NCBI GenBank assembly: GCA_965197705.1
Contig: OZ240223.1
Coordinates: 344,638 to 408,637, forward strand
Length of the DNA: 64,000 bases
Direction of reading: 5' to 3'
Source of the DNA: Dehalococcoidia bacterium
GTDB lineage: Bacteria > Chloroflexota > Dehalococcoidia > Lucifugimonadales > VXLM01
A program made the translations under genes and the position numbers. Positions 36,807 through 45,604 of this stretch are shown here, in pieces; positions within the stretch are counted from its first letter, which is position 1, and each line of letters opens with the position of its first letter. The notes under the pieces were generated by a model that worked only from the letters and a program-made list of their open reading frames with translations, did not search any database and was not told where the DNA came from.

Positions 36807-37563
36807 TCGCCGTGCCCGTGATGAAGCTCGCACGCTCCGAGGCGAGGAACGTGATGAGGTCCGCGACCTCCTCCGCCGTGCCGATACGACCCAACGGGAT
36901 TCCTGCTCCTTGCTGAGCGTAGAACTCGTCCTCCGTCAGGTCGGTGCCCTCGGCCTGAAGCTCCTCCCACTCTCGCCGGAACTGTCCGCTCCGAGCAAGG
37001 CCGATGCAGACTGTGTTGACGAGTATGCCGTGCGGCGCGAACTCCCGCGACATCGCCTTGGTCAGGGCGATACCCGCCGCGCGGGACACCGTCGTGGGTA
37101 CTGTCGCCGCTTCCGGCTGCTTCCCCCAGATGCTTGTCACGTTGATGATACGCCCGCTCCCTGCCTCAATCATGTGCGGTATCGCGAGCCGCGAGCACCT
37201 GAGCGCCCCGAAGAGTTTTGTATCGAGATCGCCGTGCCAGATGGCATCGTCCGTTTCCAGCAGAGGTCCGGCCGCCGACCCGCCCGCGTTGTTCACCAGG
37301 ATGTCGAGCCGCCCAAATCGGCGAATGGTCTCCTCGAAGAATCGCTCAATCTGATCCTGGTTCCGTACGTCGGCCAGCACTGCCAGGACTTCCCCGCCGG
37401 TGAGATTGCGAATGTCGTCCGCGGCCTGTTCGAGGCGCTCCGGGTCTCGGGCGCAGATGGCGACCTTGACGCCCTCGTGTCCCATAGCTATGGCGGTCGC
37501 CTTACCGAGGCCGTCGCTGGCCCCGGTAATCAGTGCGACCTTGCCAGTCAGACCCAGTTCCAC
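36772..37563 (-). CDS. SDR-family oxidoreductase
   Basis: 263 aa. TGASDGLGKA cofactor motif, NNAG. The 3' end overlaps the convergent Nudix gene by 35 nt. Confidence 0.85.
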   Translation of the reverse strand: MELGLTGKVALITGASDGLGKATAIAMGHEGVKVAICARDPERLEQAADDIRNLTGGEVLAVLADVRNQDQIERFFEETIRRFGRLDILVNNAGGSAAGPLLETDDAIWHGDLDTKLFGALRCSRLAIPHMIEAGSGRIINVTSIWGKQPEAATVPTTVSRAAGIALTKAMSREFAPHGILVNTVCIGLARSGQFRREWEELQAEGTDLTEDEFYAQQGAGIPLGRIGTAEEVADLITFLASERASFITGTAINMDGGESAVV

Positions 37564-37566
37564 GGT

Positions 37567-38886
37567 TCAGCCGTCCTCCCGTTGGTACGCCTCGTCCAGC
37601 AGGTCGGTCACGTACGCGATCTCAACCGGCGGGCCGTACCTCTGAGTGCCGTACTGGAGCTGGAGCACGCATCCCGGATTGGCCGTCGCCAGCACGTCTG
37701 CCCCTGTCTTGCCGACGTTCTTCATCTTGGAATCGAGGACACGGAGCGAGAAATCTCTCTCCGTGATGGTATACGTCCCTCCCGCGCCGCAGCACACGTC
37801 CGAACGCTCCATCTCGACGAGGTCAACGCCCGGTATGGAGGTCAGAATCGTCCTCGGCGCGTCCGTGATTCTCTGCGCGTTGGCGAGGTGGCACGAGTCC
37901 TGGTAGGTGACGCGCTTGTCGATCGTTCCCGTCGGCGGAACGAAGGGGAGGTCGACGAGGAATTCGTGGATGTCCTTGACCGTCGCGCTGAACTTCGACG
38001 CCCGTTCGGCGTAATGGGGGTCGTCTTCCAGCAGGTGGCCGTATTCCTTCATTCTCGAGCCGCATCCGGCCGAAGCGACGATGACGGCGTCAACTCCTCG
38101 ACTCAAGAAGGCATCGATATTCTTTCGGGCAAGCTCTCTCGCCCGGTCGAGATCGCCCACGTGACTGTGAATTGCTCCGCAGCAACCCTGGCCTTCGGTG
38201 ACCTCCACGTCGCACCCGTTTCGGGTCAGCACACGCACGACTGCGTCCATCTCCGGCCCGTGCATCAGGGGCATCACGCAGCCCGACAGCACGGCCACTT
38301 TCGCCCGTAGCTGCCCCTGCGCCGGGATGACCTGTCCTCGCGCCTTGAATCGTCGCTTCGACACCGTAGGCGCGGACATCTCCAGCTCGGCAAGGCCGGG
38401 GGCGAGAGCGCTCAGCACCTTCGTTTTTCTGATCGCCGTCTGTAGACCGGTCCATTGATAGAGCCTCAGCACACTTGCCAAGAATTCGAGACGGCCCTGG
38501 TGTGGAATAATCTTGTTTAGCACCAAGCTCCCCAACAGCCTGGGGAAGAATCTCTTCTTCCGACGCGGCTCGACCTCGCTCATCGTGGCTTCGATGAGGT
38601 TTCCGTAGGGGACGCCGGACGGGCAGGCAACCTCGCAGGCTCGGCACTGGATGCACAGGTCCCAGTGACGGTATACCTCCGGCGTTATCCCGATCCGACC
38701 CTCGTTCACGGCCTTCATCAGGGCGATGCGGCCCCTCGGCGACTCCGTCTCCAGCCCGGTTTCGAGATAGGTCGGGCAGGACTGGAGGCAGAACCCGCAG
38801 TGGACGCACTTGTACATGTCCTCCTCGCGCGGCCCATCAGGGGAGGAGAACCCCGGATGCGCCACAGTCGGCTCGGTAAAGGTCAT
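37567..38886 (-). CDS. glcF: glycolate oxidase iron-sulfur subunit
   Basis: 439 aa. Two 4Fe-4S motifs (CVHCGFCLQSCP, CIQCRACEVACP) and two CCG domains (GCCGA, CCGAGG). Confidence 0.85.
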   Translation of the reverse strand: MTFTEPTVAHPGFSSPDGPREEDMYKCVHCGFCLQSCPTYLETGLETESPRGRIALMKAVNEGRIGITPEVYRHWDLCIQCRACEVACPSGVPYGNLIEATMSEVEPRRKKRFFPRLLGSLVLNKIIPHQGRLEFLASVLRLYQWTGLQTAIRKTKVLSALAPGLAELEMSAPTVSKRRFKARGQVIPAQGQLRAKVAVLSGCVMPLMHGPEMDAVVRVLTRNGCDVEVTEGQGCCGAIHSHVGDLDRARELARKNIDAFLSRGVDAVIVASAGCGSRMKEYGHLLEDDPHYAERASKFSATVKDIHEFLVDLPFVPPTGTIDKRVTYQDSCHLANAQRITDAPRTILTSIPGVDLVEMERSDVCCGAGGTYTITERDFSLRVLDSKMKNVGKTGADVLATANPGCVLQLQYGTQRYGPPVEIAYVTDLLDEAYQREDG

Positions 38887-40250
38887 CAGATGCCACCCAT
38901 GAAGCGGCCGGGATTGAGGAGGCGGTGGGGGTCGTACTGCTGCTTGAGGTTCCGCATGGTGTCGAAGGCGGAGGTCGTTTCACCCCACACGTCGAGACTC
39001 TCCTTGATCGGAGCTGGCGCGTGCGTTACGACCGCCGTCCCGCCGATTCTGCGAACGGCCTGCATGATCCTAGATATCGTGGTGCTCACGTGATCAGCCG
39101 AGTACTCACCCTCGATGTTGAGCCAGTGGATGTCGACAACACCCTGCGCTGTCTGGGTGGTTGCCCTCCACGCGAGAGCCGGCGAGTCCTCCATGTCCTG
39201 CATGTATTGAATGATACGCGGAATATCCGAAGGACGGACGGACGCCCTGATGCCCGCGACGGGCTTAGTCTCTTCAGTCCACCCGAAGTCGCCGATCCGC
39301 TTCCACATCATTGACGCGTCGACGCCGTCGATCACCGTATTCGAGATGGCGCTGTGGCTCTTGACTATAGAAGAAATGTCGTCGGTCTGCCTCTGGACGC
39401 TCTTGGCCCGGCCTCCGAGGCGAACCATGAGGGATGGCCGGGCATCACCCATGCCATCTGCCCCCGAAGGTCTCTCGCCGCCATGCAGCGTCGAGATTGC
39501 CAGGGGAGTAAGACTGCTCCCGAAGACGGACAGCGCGGCTTCAAGGCAGCTTTCGTCGGAGTCGAACATCCCCATCACCGTCGCCTGCTGGGCCGGGAGC
39601 GGAGTGAGCTTGAACGACACCTCTGCAATGATGCCGAGCGTTCCCATGGCTCCGATGTGCATCCGCGCCATGTCGTAGCCGCTGACGTTCTTGACGACCT
39701 GTCCGCCGGTCTTGGTGATGGCGCCGTCGGCTTGCACGGTCCTCATGCCGATGACGATGTCGCGCGGGCTCCAGTTCTGCCACGTGGCTGGGCCGCTCCA
39801 TCCGACGGCCAGGGTCCCGCCGATGGTCGCGCGGTCGGGCAGGGGAGGATCGATTGCCAGGAATTGGCCGTGCTCAGCAAGAATTTCCTGGAAACGTGAG
39901 ACGGTGATGCCCGCCTCGACGGTTGCGGTCAGGTCGGCGGCGTTGTGCGCCAGCACCAGGTCGACCCCGGTCATGTCGATGGCGAGATCGAGCGATTCGG
40001 GCGCATTCCCCAGACTAGTGCGCGTCCTCCCGCCCAGGGGCGAGACGGACAGTCCATACTCGGCCGCGACGGACATCGCCTCGGATATCTCTTGCGGTGA
40101 AGTTGGGCAGGCCACGACACCTGGGATCTTGCCATCGACGGCGAACTCGGTTGCTTCGTTCCCCTCAAGAGTCTTAATCGACAGCGAACGCAGCGATGCG
40201 ATGGCTTCTTGGAGCCGAGCGGGGTTCGCGGGCACAGTTTTGCTGCTCAT
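38886..40250 (-). CDS. glcE: glycolate oxidase FAD-binding subunit
   Basis: 454 aa with a PCMH-type FAD-binding domain. Start overlaps the glcD stop and stop overlaps the glcF start. Confidence 0.75.
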   Translation of the reverse strand: MSSKTVPANPARLQEAIASLRSLSIKTLEGNEATEFAVDGKIPGVVACPTSPQEISEAMSVAAEYGLSVSPLGGRTRTSLGNAPESLDLAIDMTGVDLVLAHNAADLTATVEAGITVSRFQEILAEHGQFLAIDPPLPDRATIGGTLAVGWSGPATWQNWSPRDIVIGMRTVQADGAITKTGGQVVKNVSGYDMARMHIGAMGTLGIIAEVSFKLTPLPAQQATVMGMFDSDESCLEAALSVFGSSLTPLAISTLHGGERPSGADGMGDARPSLMVRLGGRAKSVQRQTDDISSIVKSHSAISNTVIDGVDASMMWKRIGDFGWTEETKPVAGIRASVRPSDIPRIIQYMQDMEDSPALAWRATTQTAQGVVDIHWLNIEGEYSADHVSTTISRIMQAVRRIGGTAVVTHAPAPIKESLDVWGETTSAFDTMRNLKQQYDPHRLLNPGRFMGGI

Positions 40251-41689
40251 ACGAAGGCGTTTGCCGCCGTCTTGGCGAACCCGCCCTCAGGATGCCGTCC
40301 GCCGTGTGACGCACCCGTGGGGAATATCTTGCCGGGATTGAACAACTCACCAGACCCGAAGGCGGGCTTTAGTCGCGCCATGGCGTCCATGTCCTCTTGC
40401 GAGAACATCAGCGGCATGTACTCCTGCTTCTCCATGCCGATGCCGTGCTCGCCGGATAGAACGCCGCCGGCGTCAAGGCATATCTCCAATATCCTGCCGC
40501 CTGCTTCCAGCGCTCTATCGGTATCGCCCGGCTTGCGCTCGTCAAAGAGTATGAGCGGGTGCAGGTTTCCGTCGCCTGCGTGGAGCAGATTGGCGATGGG
40601 CAGTCCCGACTCTTTAGCGACCTTCTCCACCTCGCCGAGCACCTCCATGAGCTTGGTTCGAGGCACCGTGCCGTCGACGAGGTAGTAGTTGGGCGCGAGC
40701 CAGCCGAGCGCCCCGATGACCCCTTTTCGAGCGGCCCACAGCCTCTCGCGTTCCTCGCCGCTCGTTGCCGTGAGGATCTCCATCGGCTCGTACGTCCGGC
40801 AGACGTTCGCGATCTCCTCCGCCTCCTCTTCAACCTCCTCGCGAAGGCCGTCCACCTCCACGAGCAGCACGGCTCCGGCCTCTTCCGGGTAGCCGGCGTT
40901 CATGGAGGCCTCAGCCGCCCGGATGCACATCGCGTCCATCATCTCGATTGCGGCCGGTACGATTCCCGCGCCGATGATGCCCGACACGGCAGAGCTTGCG
41001 TCCTCCACCGTCTTGAATACGGCAAGGAGCGTTTTCACCGCCTCAGGCGATTTCAACAGGCGCACGACGACCTTCGTGACGATGCCGAGTGTGCCCTCCG
41101 AGCCGACCATGATGCCCCGCAGGTCGTAGCCGGGGGTCTCGCGCGTCTTGCCACCGTACCAGTGAACGGAGCCGTCGGCGAGCACGACCTCCATGCCAAG
41201 CACGTGATTGGTCGTGACGCCGTATGCGAGGCAGTGCGGTCCTCCGGAGTTCTCCGCGACGTTGCCGCCGATGGTGCATGCCTTCTGGCTGGAGGGATCG
41301 GGCGCATAGTACAGGCCGTACTTGCTTGCCGCCGCCGTGAGGTCGATGTTGACGACGCCCGGCTCCACGACTGCCAGCCGATTGACCTCGTCGATCTCCA
41401 GGATGCTCGTCATGCGCGTGAGGGCCACGACGATACCGCCGTGTTCGGCGATTGCTCCGCCGCTCAGGCCCGTTCCCGCTCCACGGGCGACCACGGGTAC
41501 GCCGTGGGCGGCTGCAGTTTTCACCACGTTGGAGACCTCTTCCGTCGTACGAGGCAGGACGACAACCGTCGGCAGGGCGCGGTCGACGGAGCCGTCGTAC
41601 TCGAAGACGATCAGGTCCTCAGGCCGGTGGACCACGTTCGGTTCGCCGACGATATCGGAGAGTTCACGGATGAGGTCGGAGTTGCTCAT
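40247..41689 (-). CDS. glcD: glycolate oxidase subunit GlcD (FAD-linked oxidase)
   Basis: 480 aa. FAD-binding PCMH domain (VVARGAGTGLSGGA) and C-terminal GEHGIG motif. Confidence 0.9.
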   Translation of the reverse strand: MSNSDLIRELSDIVGEPNVVHRPEDLIVFEYDGSVDRALPTVVVLPRTTEEVSNVVKTAAAHGVPVVARGAGTGLSGGAIAEHGGIVVALTRMTSILEIDEVNRLAVVEPGVVNIDLTAAASKYGLYYAPDPSSQKACTIGGNVAENSGGPHCLAYGVTTNHVLGMEVVLADGSVHWYGGKTRETPGYDLRGIMVGSEGTLGIVTKVVVRLLKSPEAVKTLLAVFKTVEDASSAVSGIIGAGIVPAAIEMMDAMCIRAAEASMNAGYPEEAGAVLLVEVDGLREEVEEEAEEIANVCRTYEPMEILTATSGEERERLWAARKGVIGALGWLAPNYYLVDGTVPRTKLMEVLGEVEKVAKESGLPIANLLHAGDGNLHPLILFDERKPGDTDRALEAGGRILEICLDAGGVLSGEHGIGMEKQEYMPLMFSQEDMDAMARLKPAFGSGELFNPGKIFPTGASHGGRHPEGGFAKTAANAFV

Positions 41690-41748
41690 GGGTTGATAGC
41701 CCCATGATAGTGAATTGGCACAGTCGCTTCAATCGTTCCTCGTACTCC

Positions 41749-41902
41749 GTAACTGTTCAGTCTCCGTGAGTTGCATTGCGAAGACTCCCTCTCTGTGTCT
41801 CTCCCCCGGCGGGGGAGAGATTGTAGATTCTTCGTCGCTTCGCTCCTCAGAATGACAGTAGGAGAACAATTCCTACATATCTCACCGACTCTGAACAGTT
41901 AC
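41749..41902 (+). mobile_element. MITE family 1, full-length copy
   Basis: 154 bp with the same TIRs and hairpin. 60 nt upstream of the glcD start (gene on the opposite strand). Confidence 0.8.
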
Positions 41903-41904
41903 CG

Positions 41905-42735
41905 TGCTCCGATTCACCGGACACATTGAGAAGCCCTCGTTCCCAGGTATTCGACCGTGATTCCAGCGCCTCCGACCGTCGTTCCAGTGAAAGGAGACCT
42001 TTTCGTGACTCGCCAACGCTCTTGTCATTCCGAGTGCAGCAAGGAATCTAATACCGATTCCTCTTGAATACGCCGTAACTCTATCGTTGGTATGAAGGTG
42101 ATTTCGTCTAACCTTCCAAAGGGCAGGTTTGAAACCTGCCCCTACCCGGTGCTCCTACCCCTTCATGGTGTGGTCAAAGCGAACTGGTATTATTCCGAGT
42201 GCAGCGAGAAATCTAATACCAATTCGTGCTAATACCACCGTATTCTCGCTGACCAAACACTCTGGATTCCTGCCTTCGCAGGAATGACGGTGGGTGGTCT
42301 CTGCTATGTGCGCTGCATTTAGAGGATTGTGGCGCAGTCATGACGAATTGGTATAAGAAGTTATGCCGTCGCGTCACGACGCGATTCCAACAACGAGCCC
42401 CGTCCTCGAAGCAGGATTTTAGATTCCTCACTTCGCTCCGCTGGGTTAGGAATATCTCATGAGGGTTGCCATCCTCACCACCTGGAATGAAAATGGTGGC
42501 TCCGCATGACAGGGGCAGAAGATGGATTCCTGCCTTCGCAGGAATGACGGTGTGGGGGTGGCGCTGCGGCGACTTTGGTAGGAATGACAGTGGTCGGGGG
42601 GGGTTAGGCAAAGTACTCCGAAGGTGGGAATCCACAATCCGGCCCCAAGAAGAGGATGTATCACCTTAGCCGGAAACACCTCTCCGGCAGGGACTCCGTC
42701 CGGCGAAAAGACCAGAGGGGCCTAACATAAAACCT
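41905..42735. repeat. REP graveyard (about 0.8 kb non-coding)
   Basis: Family A units at 42263-42291 and 42523-42551. Two CATTCCGAGTGCAGC(A/G)A(G/A)GAAATCTAATACC units. GGGCAGGTTTGAAACCTGCCCCTAC. GATTCCTCACTTCGCTCCGCTGGGTTAGGAAT. Confidence 0.7.
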
Positions 42736-42736
42736 T

Positions 42737-42858
42737 TAGTACTATGTCAACATGGTTTTGATATTACGATTCACCCTCACCCTAGCCCTCTCCCACGACG
42801 GGAGAGGGGATAAATCGGCATCTGCCTGTTTATCATATTCAAGTTGACTGACTACTAG
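42737..42858 (+). mobile_element. MITE family 2, copy c (subfamily I)
   Basis: About 122 bp. TTAGTACTATGTCAACATGG ... CAAGTTGACTGACTACTAG with the same core hairpin. Confidence 0.7.
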
Positions 42859-42944
42859 GAATGGTCTGAACAAGTCTATGGATCGCAGCACGCTTAGATA
42901 CGGAATCGGGCTGATATGAGCAGTTGTTCAGAGGGTTCCTAGCT

Positions 42945-43379
42945 CTACGAGCCGTCCCCCGCGCTCCACATGCGTTTTCCGACGATGAGCGCCAAGACCG
43001 TGAACAGGGCATCCACCAGGGGGAAGTAGACCATGTGCGACGTGACCGCCTCGCCCGTCTCGCTGTCGGTGTTGAGCGTCCAGAACCACTCCCAGAAGAA
43101 CAACATGGCGAGGACGATGCCCCCGTAGAATACGAAGCTGCCCCTGACGTGGTCGAGGGTGCTCGCGCCCTCTTCGCCCGCGCTGTCGAGTACGCGCTTT
43201 CGCAGGAATCCCACGACCAGGATGATGAGCACGGCGACGGCCATGAACCAGTTCAGTATCTTCCACGTGGGGTAGTCAGGCGATCCGTCGTGGTAGAGCG
43301 GGGTGGCGATCAAGTTGAGAAACACCGCAAGGCCGATGATGATGAGATAAGCCGCAACGATCTTCGTAACCAACTGCAT
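42945..43379 (-). CDS. membrane protein, unknown function (4 TM)
   Basis: ATG 43379 (MQLVTKIVAAYLIIIG..) preferred over track start 43439. Four hydrophobic helices. Confidence 0.6.
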   Translation of the reverse strand: MQLVTKIVAAYLIIIGLAVFLNLIATPLYHDGSPDYPTWKILNWFMAVAVLIILVVGFLRKRVLDSAGEEGASTLDHVRGSFVFYGGIVLAMLFFWEWFWTLNTDSETGEAVTSHMVYFPLVDALFTVLALIVGKRMWSAGDGS

Positions 43380-43478
43380 GGTCCTTGACCTCCTGAGGGA
43401 CTCAGTAGTGAACCGATGAGCACTGAGACGTAGTCGCAAGCTATCACGCGCCCATTAGTGCGTCAATCGGCGTGGGTT

Positions 43479-45125
43479 CTACGAGCTCATTCTCCTATTG
43501 ACGTGGATCTCCAGTTTCTCGACCAGGACTTCGCCGCGCGCCTCCGGGTCACCGTACGTTAGCCGAACGGCCAAGAGGTTCTCGCCCACGGCAAGCTGTA
43601 CGGGGAACGCCTCGAATGTCAGCCATCCGTCGTCGACCGACGATGTCTCGAGGAGGGCGTTGTTCAGGCGTAATTCCACATGCCGCTCGATTCCAAGGGC
43701 GGGAGGGCTGTTTTCGAGCCTACCGTCCTCGTGACCTATGGTTGCCACGAGGACGGGCTGCAAGCGTTCGCCATCAGGCAAGTTGGCCGCGGAATCGTCC
43801 GAGAGGAGCAGTCGGACCGTGACCTCCGCATCGGGTGGTACCTGCTCGCCGGCGTAGACATGGAGGAGGGTGTCCGCCCGCCCGTCCGGGTCGAGCTCGG
43901 CGGGCAGAGGAGCGAACATGTTCGTATTGAAGTACATCCATCTCGGCGTCGACCAGTCCTCGGGGTTTGGAACGACGAAGGGGCCATGACCGCCACCGCG
44001 CCTCTGCACGACAAAGGCCTTGCTCCTTTGATTCATGGCGTCGATGTCGGCGAGCTCGCGGTAGAACCGGAGGTGCGTCGGCCATCCCGTCCATGTGTCC
44101 CGCATTCCGTACTTTTCGAGGGTCTCGGACCTCGCGTAGGCGAAATTGAAGGTCTGGAGGCCGTCGGCGCCTTGGTGGAGCCAGTTGGCCATGACTCCCC
44201 GGAAGACCTCGATTGGCGGGAACCGGTAACCGTCCGTGGAGTGGTGGTCGTCCAAGACAGGGTAGAGCTTGATGTGGGTGCGCTCTGTGATCCGCCTGAA
44301 CGCCGCGATGTCGACGTCGAACGACCGGCATCCGAGCGTGAAGATATCCACCAGTTCCTCTCGCGCCCACGTCTCCACGTCCAATCCGTCCATGCGGCAG
44401 CCTACGAGATTCTCCGGCACGCGGGCGGCCAGGAGGTAGGGACGTCCACGCCTCTCTCCGACCCTGAGCAGCATTGATCTGACCGACCGCATGAAGTCGG
44501 TCAGTGCGTCTCGGTTCTCCCACTGTTGGCCGGGCGGAAGGACGGGACACACCCGCGCGAAGTCGATCTCCATGCCGTCGCAGTCGTACTGCCCGGCGAT
44601 CTCCTCAAGGATGCTCAGCTTGTAGTCGCGGACTCCCTGGACCGCGAAATTCCAGTAGCCGTTCAGACGTTCGCCGGTCGCGTCTCCAATGGTCTTGTTC
44701 CACGTGTGGATGAGCCAGTCGGGGTGGTCCTCCTTCATGGTCAGCCGTGGAACGCGGCCCGACACATCGTTGTCCGACCCGTTGATGCGATAGGTGAAGA
44801 ACGTCTCAAGTCCCCGGCGGCGAGTCTCTTCCAAGAGCGTTTGGACAGGATCGAAGCCGGTCTCCGCCCATTCGCCGTAGGGAGGCGCCTCGATGAAGGG
44901 AAGAATCTTGCTGGGCCAGTAGGCCTCGTTGCCCTCGGTGAAGTTCCACCACACGCTGTCGATGCGCGTCAGCGGGTCGTCGATGAACTCGAAGAGGGCG
45001 GCCTTCATGTGCTCGACGTCGATGCTCGGCAGGTGCATCATCGAGGGGAAGGCGTCGAAGTTTACGACGACGCGACGCTCACGCTCGATGGCCGCGACGT
45101 GCTCGGCGGAGAGGCGGGCGCTCAT
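43479..45125 (-). CDS. hypothetical protein, possibly glycoside-hydrolase-like TIM barrel
   Basis: 548-aa uninterrupted ORF with coding-like composition. Segments such as FFTYRINGSDND and DGMEIDFAR resemble GH-like TIM barrels, but I cannot assign a family. Confidence 0.6.
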   Translation of the reverse strand: MSARLSAEHVAAIERERRVVVNFDAFPSMMHLPSIDVEHMKAALFEFIDDPLTRIDSVWWNFTEGNEAYWPSKILPFIEAPPYGEWAETGFDPVQTLLEETRRRGLETFFTYRINGSDNDVSGRVPRLTMKEDHPDWLIHTWNKTIGDATGERLNGYWNFAVQGVRDYKLSILEEIAGQYDCDGMEIDFARVCPVLPPGQQWENRDALTDFMRSVRSMLLRVGERRGRPYLLAARVPENLVGCRMDGLDVETWAREELVDIFTLGCRSFDVDIAAFRRITERTHIKLYPVLDDHHSTDGYRFPPIEVFRGVMANWLHQGADGLQTFNFAYARSETLEKYGMRDTWTGWPTHLRFYRELADIDAMNQRSKAFVVQRRGGGHGPFVVPNPEDWSTPRWMYFNTNMFAPLPAELDPDGRADTLLHVYAGEQVPPDAEVTVRLLLSDDSAANLPDGERLQPVLVATIGHEDGRLENSPPALGIERHVELRLNNALLETSSVDDGWLTFEAFPVQLAVGENLLAVRLTYGDPEARGEVLVEKLEIHVNRRMSS

Positions 45126-45163
45126 TGTGCCTTCCTCCTAAGATAGCCCCTCATCAACATGTC

Positions 45164-45329
45164 GTATTACCAGTTCCACATGATTTTGGTAGCTTATACC
45201 GATTTGGCGTGATGAGGCCATAATCTCGCTTGCCAGCCTCACAAACCCTCACCCTATCCCTCTCCCACGACGGGAGAGGGATACGCGCCTCCCAATTCAA
45301 CCGTCGAATTCAAATGGGAACGGTACTAG
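45164..45329 (+). mobile_element. MITE family 2, copy d (subfamily II)
   Basis: About 166 bp. TATTACCAGTTCCACATGATTTTGG ... CAAATGGGAACGGTACTAG with core CCCTCACCCTATCCCTCTCCCACGACGGGAGAGGGA. 39 nt upstream of the 43479..45125 gene start. Confidence 0.7.
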
Positions 45330-45330
45330 C

Positions 45331-45455
45331 TGATCGATGAGAACTTCTAGACGCACGTCTGGGTCGCCGACGATGGCGGTGAGAACGGGCATGAGGTCGG
45401 GGTCGCTCATGGGATGTTAGCCCTACAATAGTGAATTGCCGGTAGCGCTACAACC
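45331..45455 (-). pseudogene. relic of a glcD-like 5' end plus leader
   Basis: 45362-45455 aligns by hand to 41641-41734 (glcD start codon plus 45 nt of leader): 70 of 94 identical. The relic reads MSDPDLMPVLTAIVGDPDVRLE.. and is cut off by MITE copy d. Confidence 0.65.
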
Positions 45456-45477
45456 TGCGGACACATGCTGTTGCGTC

Positions 45478-45507
45478 TTGTTCCGGTGAGACGCGACCGC
45501 ATATAAT
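45478..45507 (+). promoter_or_regulatory. sigma70-like promoter candidate
   Basis: TTGTTC-18 nt-TATAAT, 98 nt upstream of ATG 45605, which itself has a GGGAGG SD. Confidence 0.35.
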
Positions 45508-45604
45508 CGGGCGCGAGCACGGGATGCTGCTCGTCGCAGTCGTTCTAACCGCAGGATGTAAGACTACGAAGTTCTTCACGGGGTAACCATAGGGAGGCCC
45601 AATA

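Noticed and set aside
36035-36970. 311-aa minus-strand ORF.
   Set aside because: It starts inside the SDR gene region in another frame, runs antisense through the Nudix gene and ends in REP units. No motifs were found.
36706-38310. 534-aa plus-strand ORF.
   Set aside because: It runs antisense across the SDR gene and glcF, both of which have clear family motifs. Its Arg-rich composition is typical of a GC-rich antisense frame.
43498-45146. Several 200-265-aa ORFs on both strands within 43479..45125.
   Set aside because: They are all nested in or antisense to the single 548-aa ORF. Their Arg/Pro/Gly-rich composition shows no motifs.
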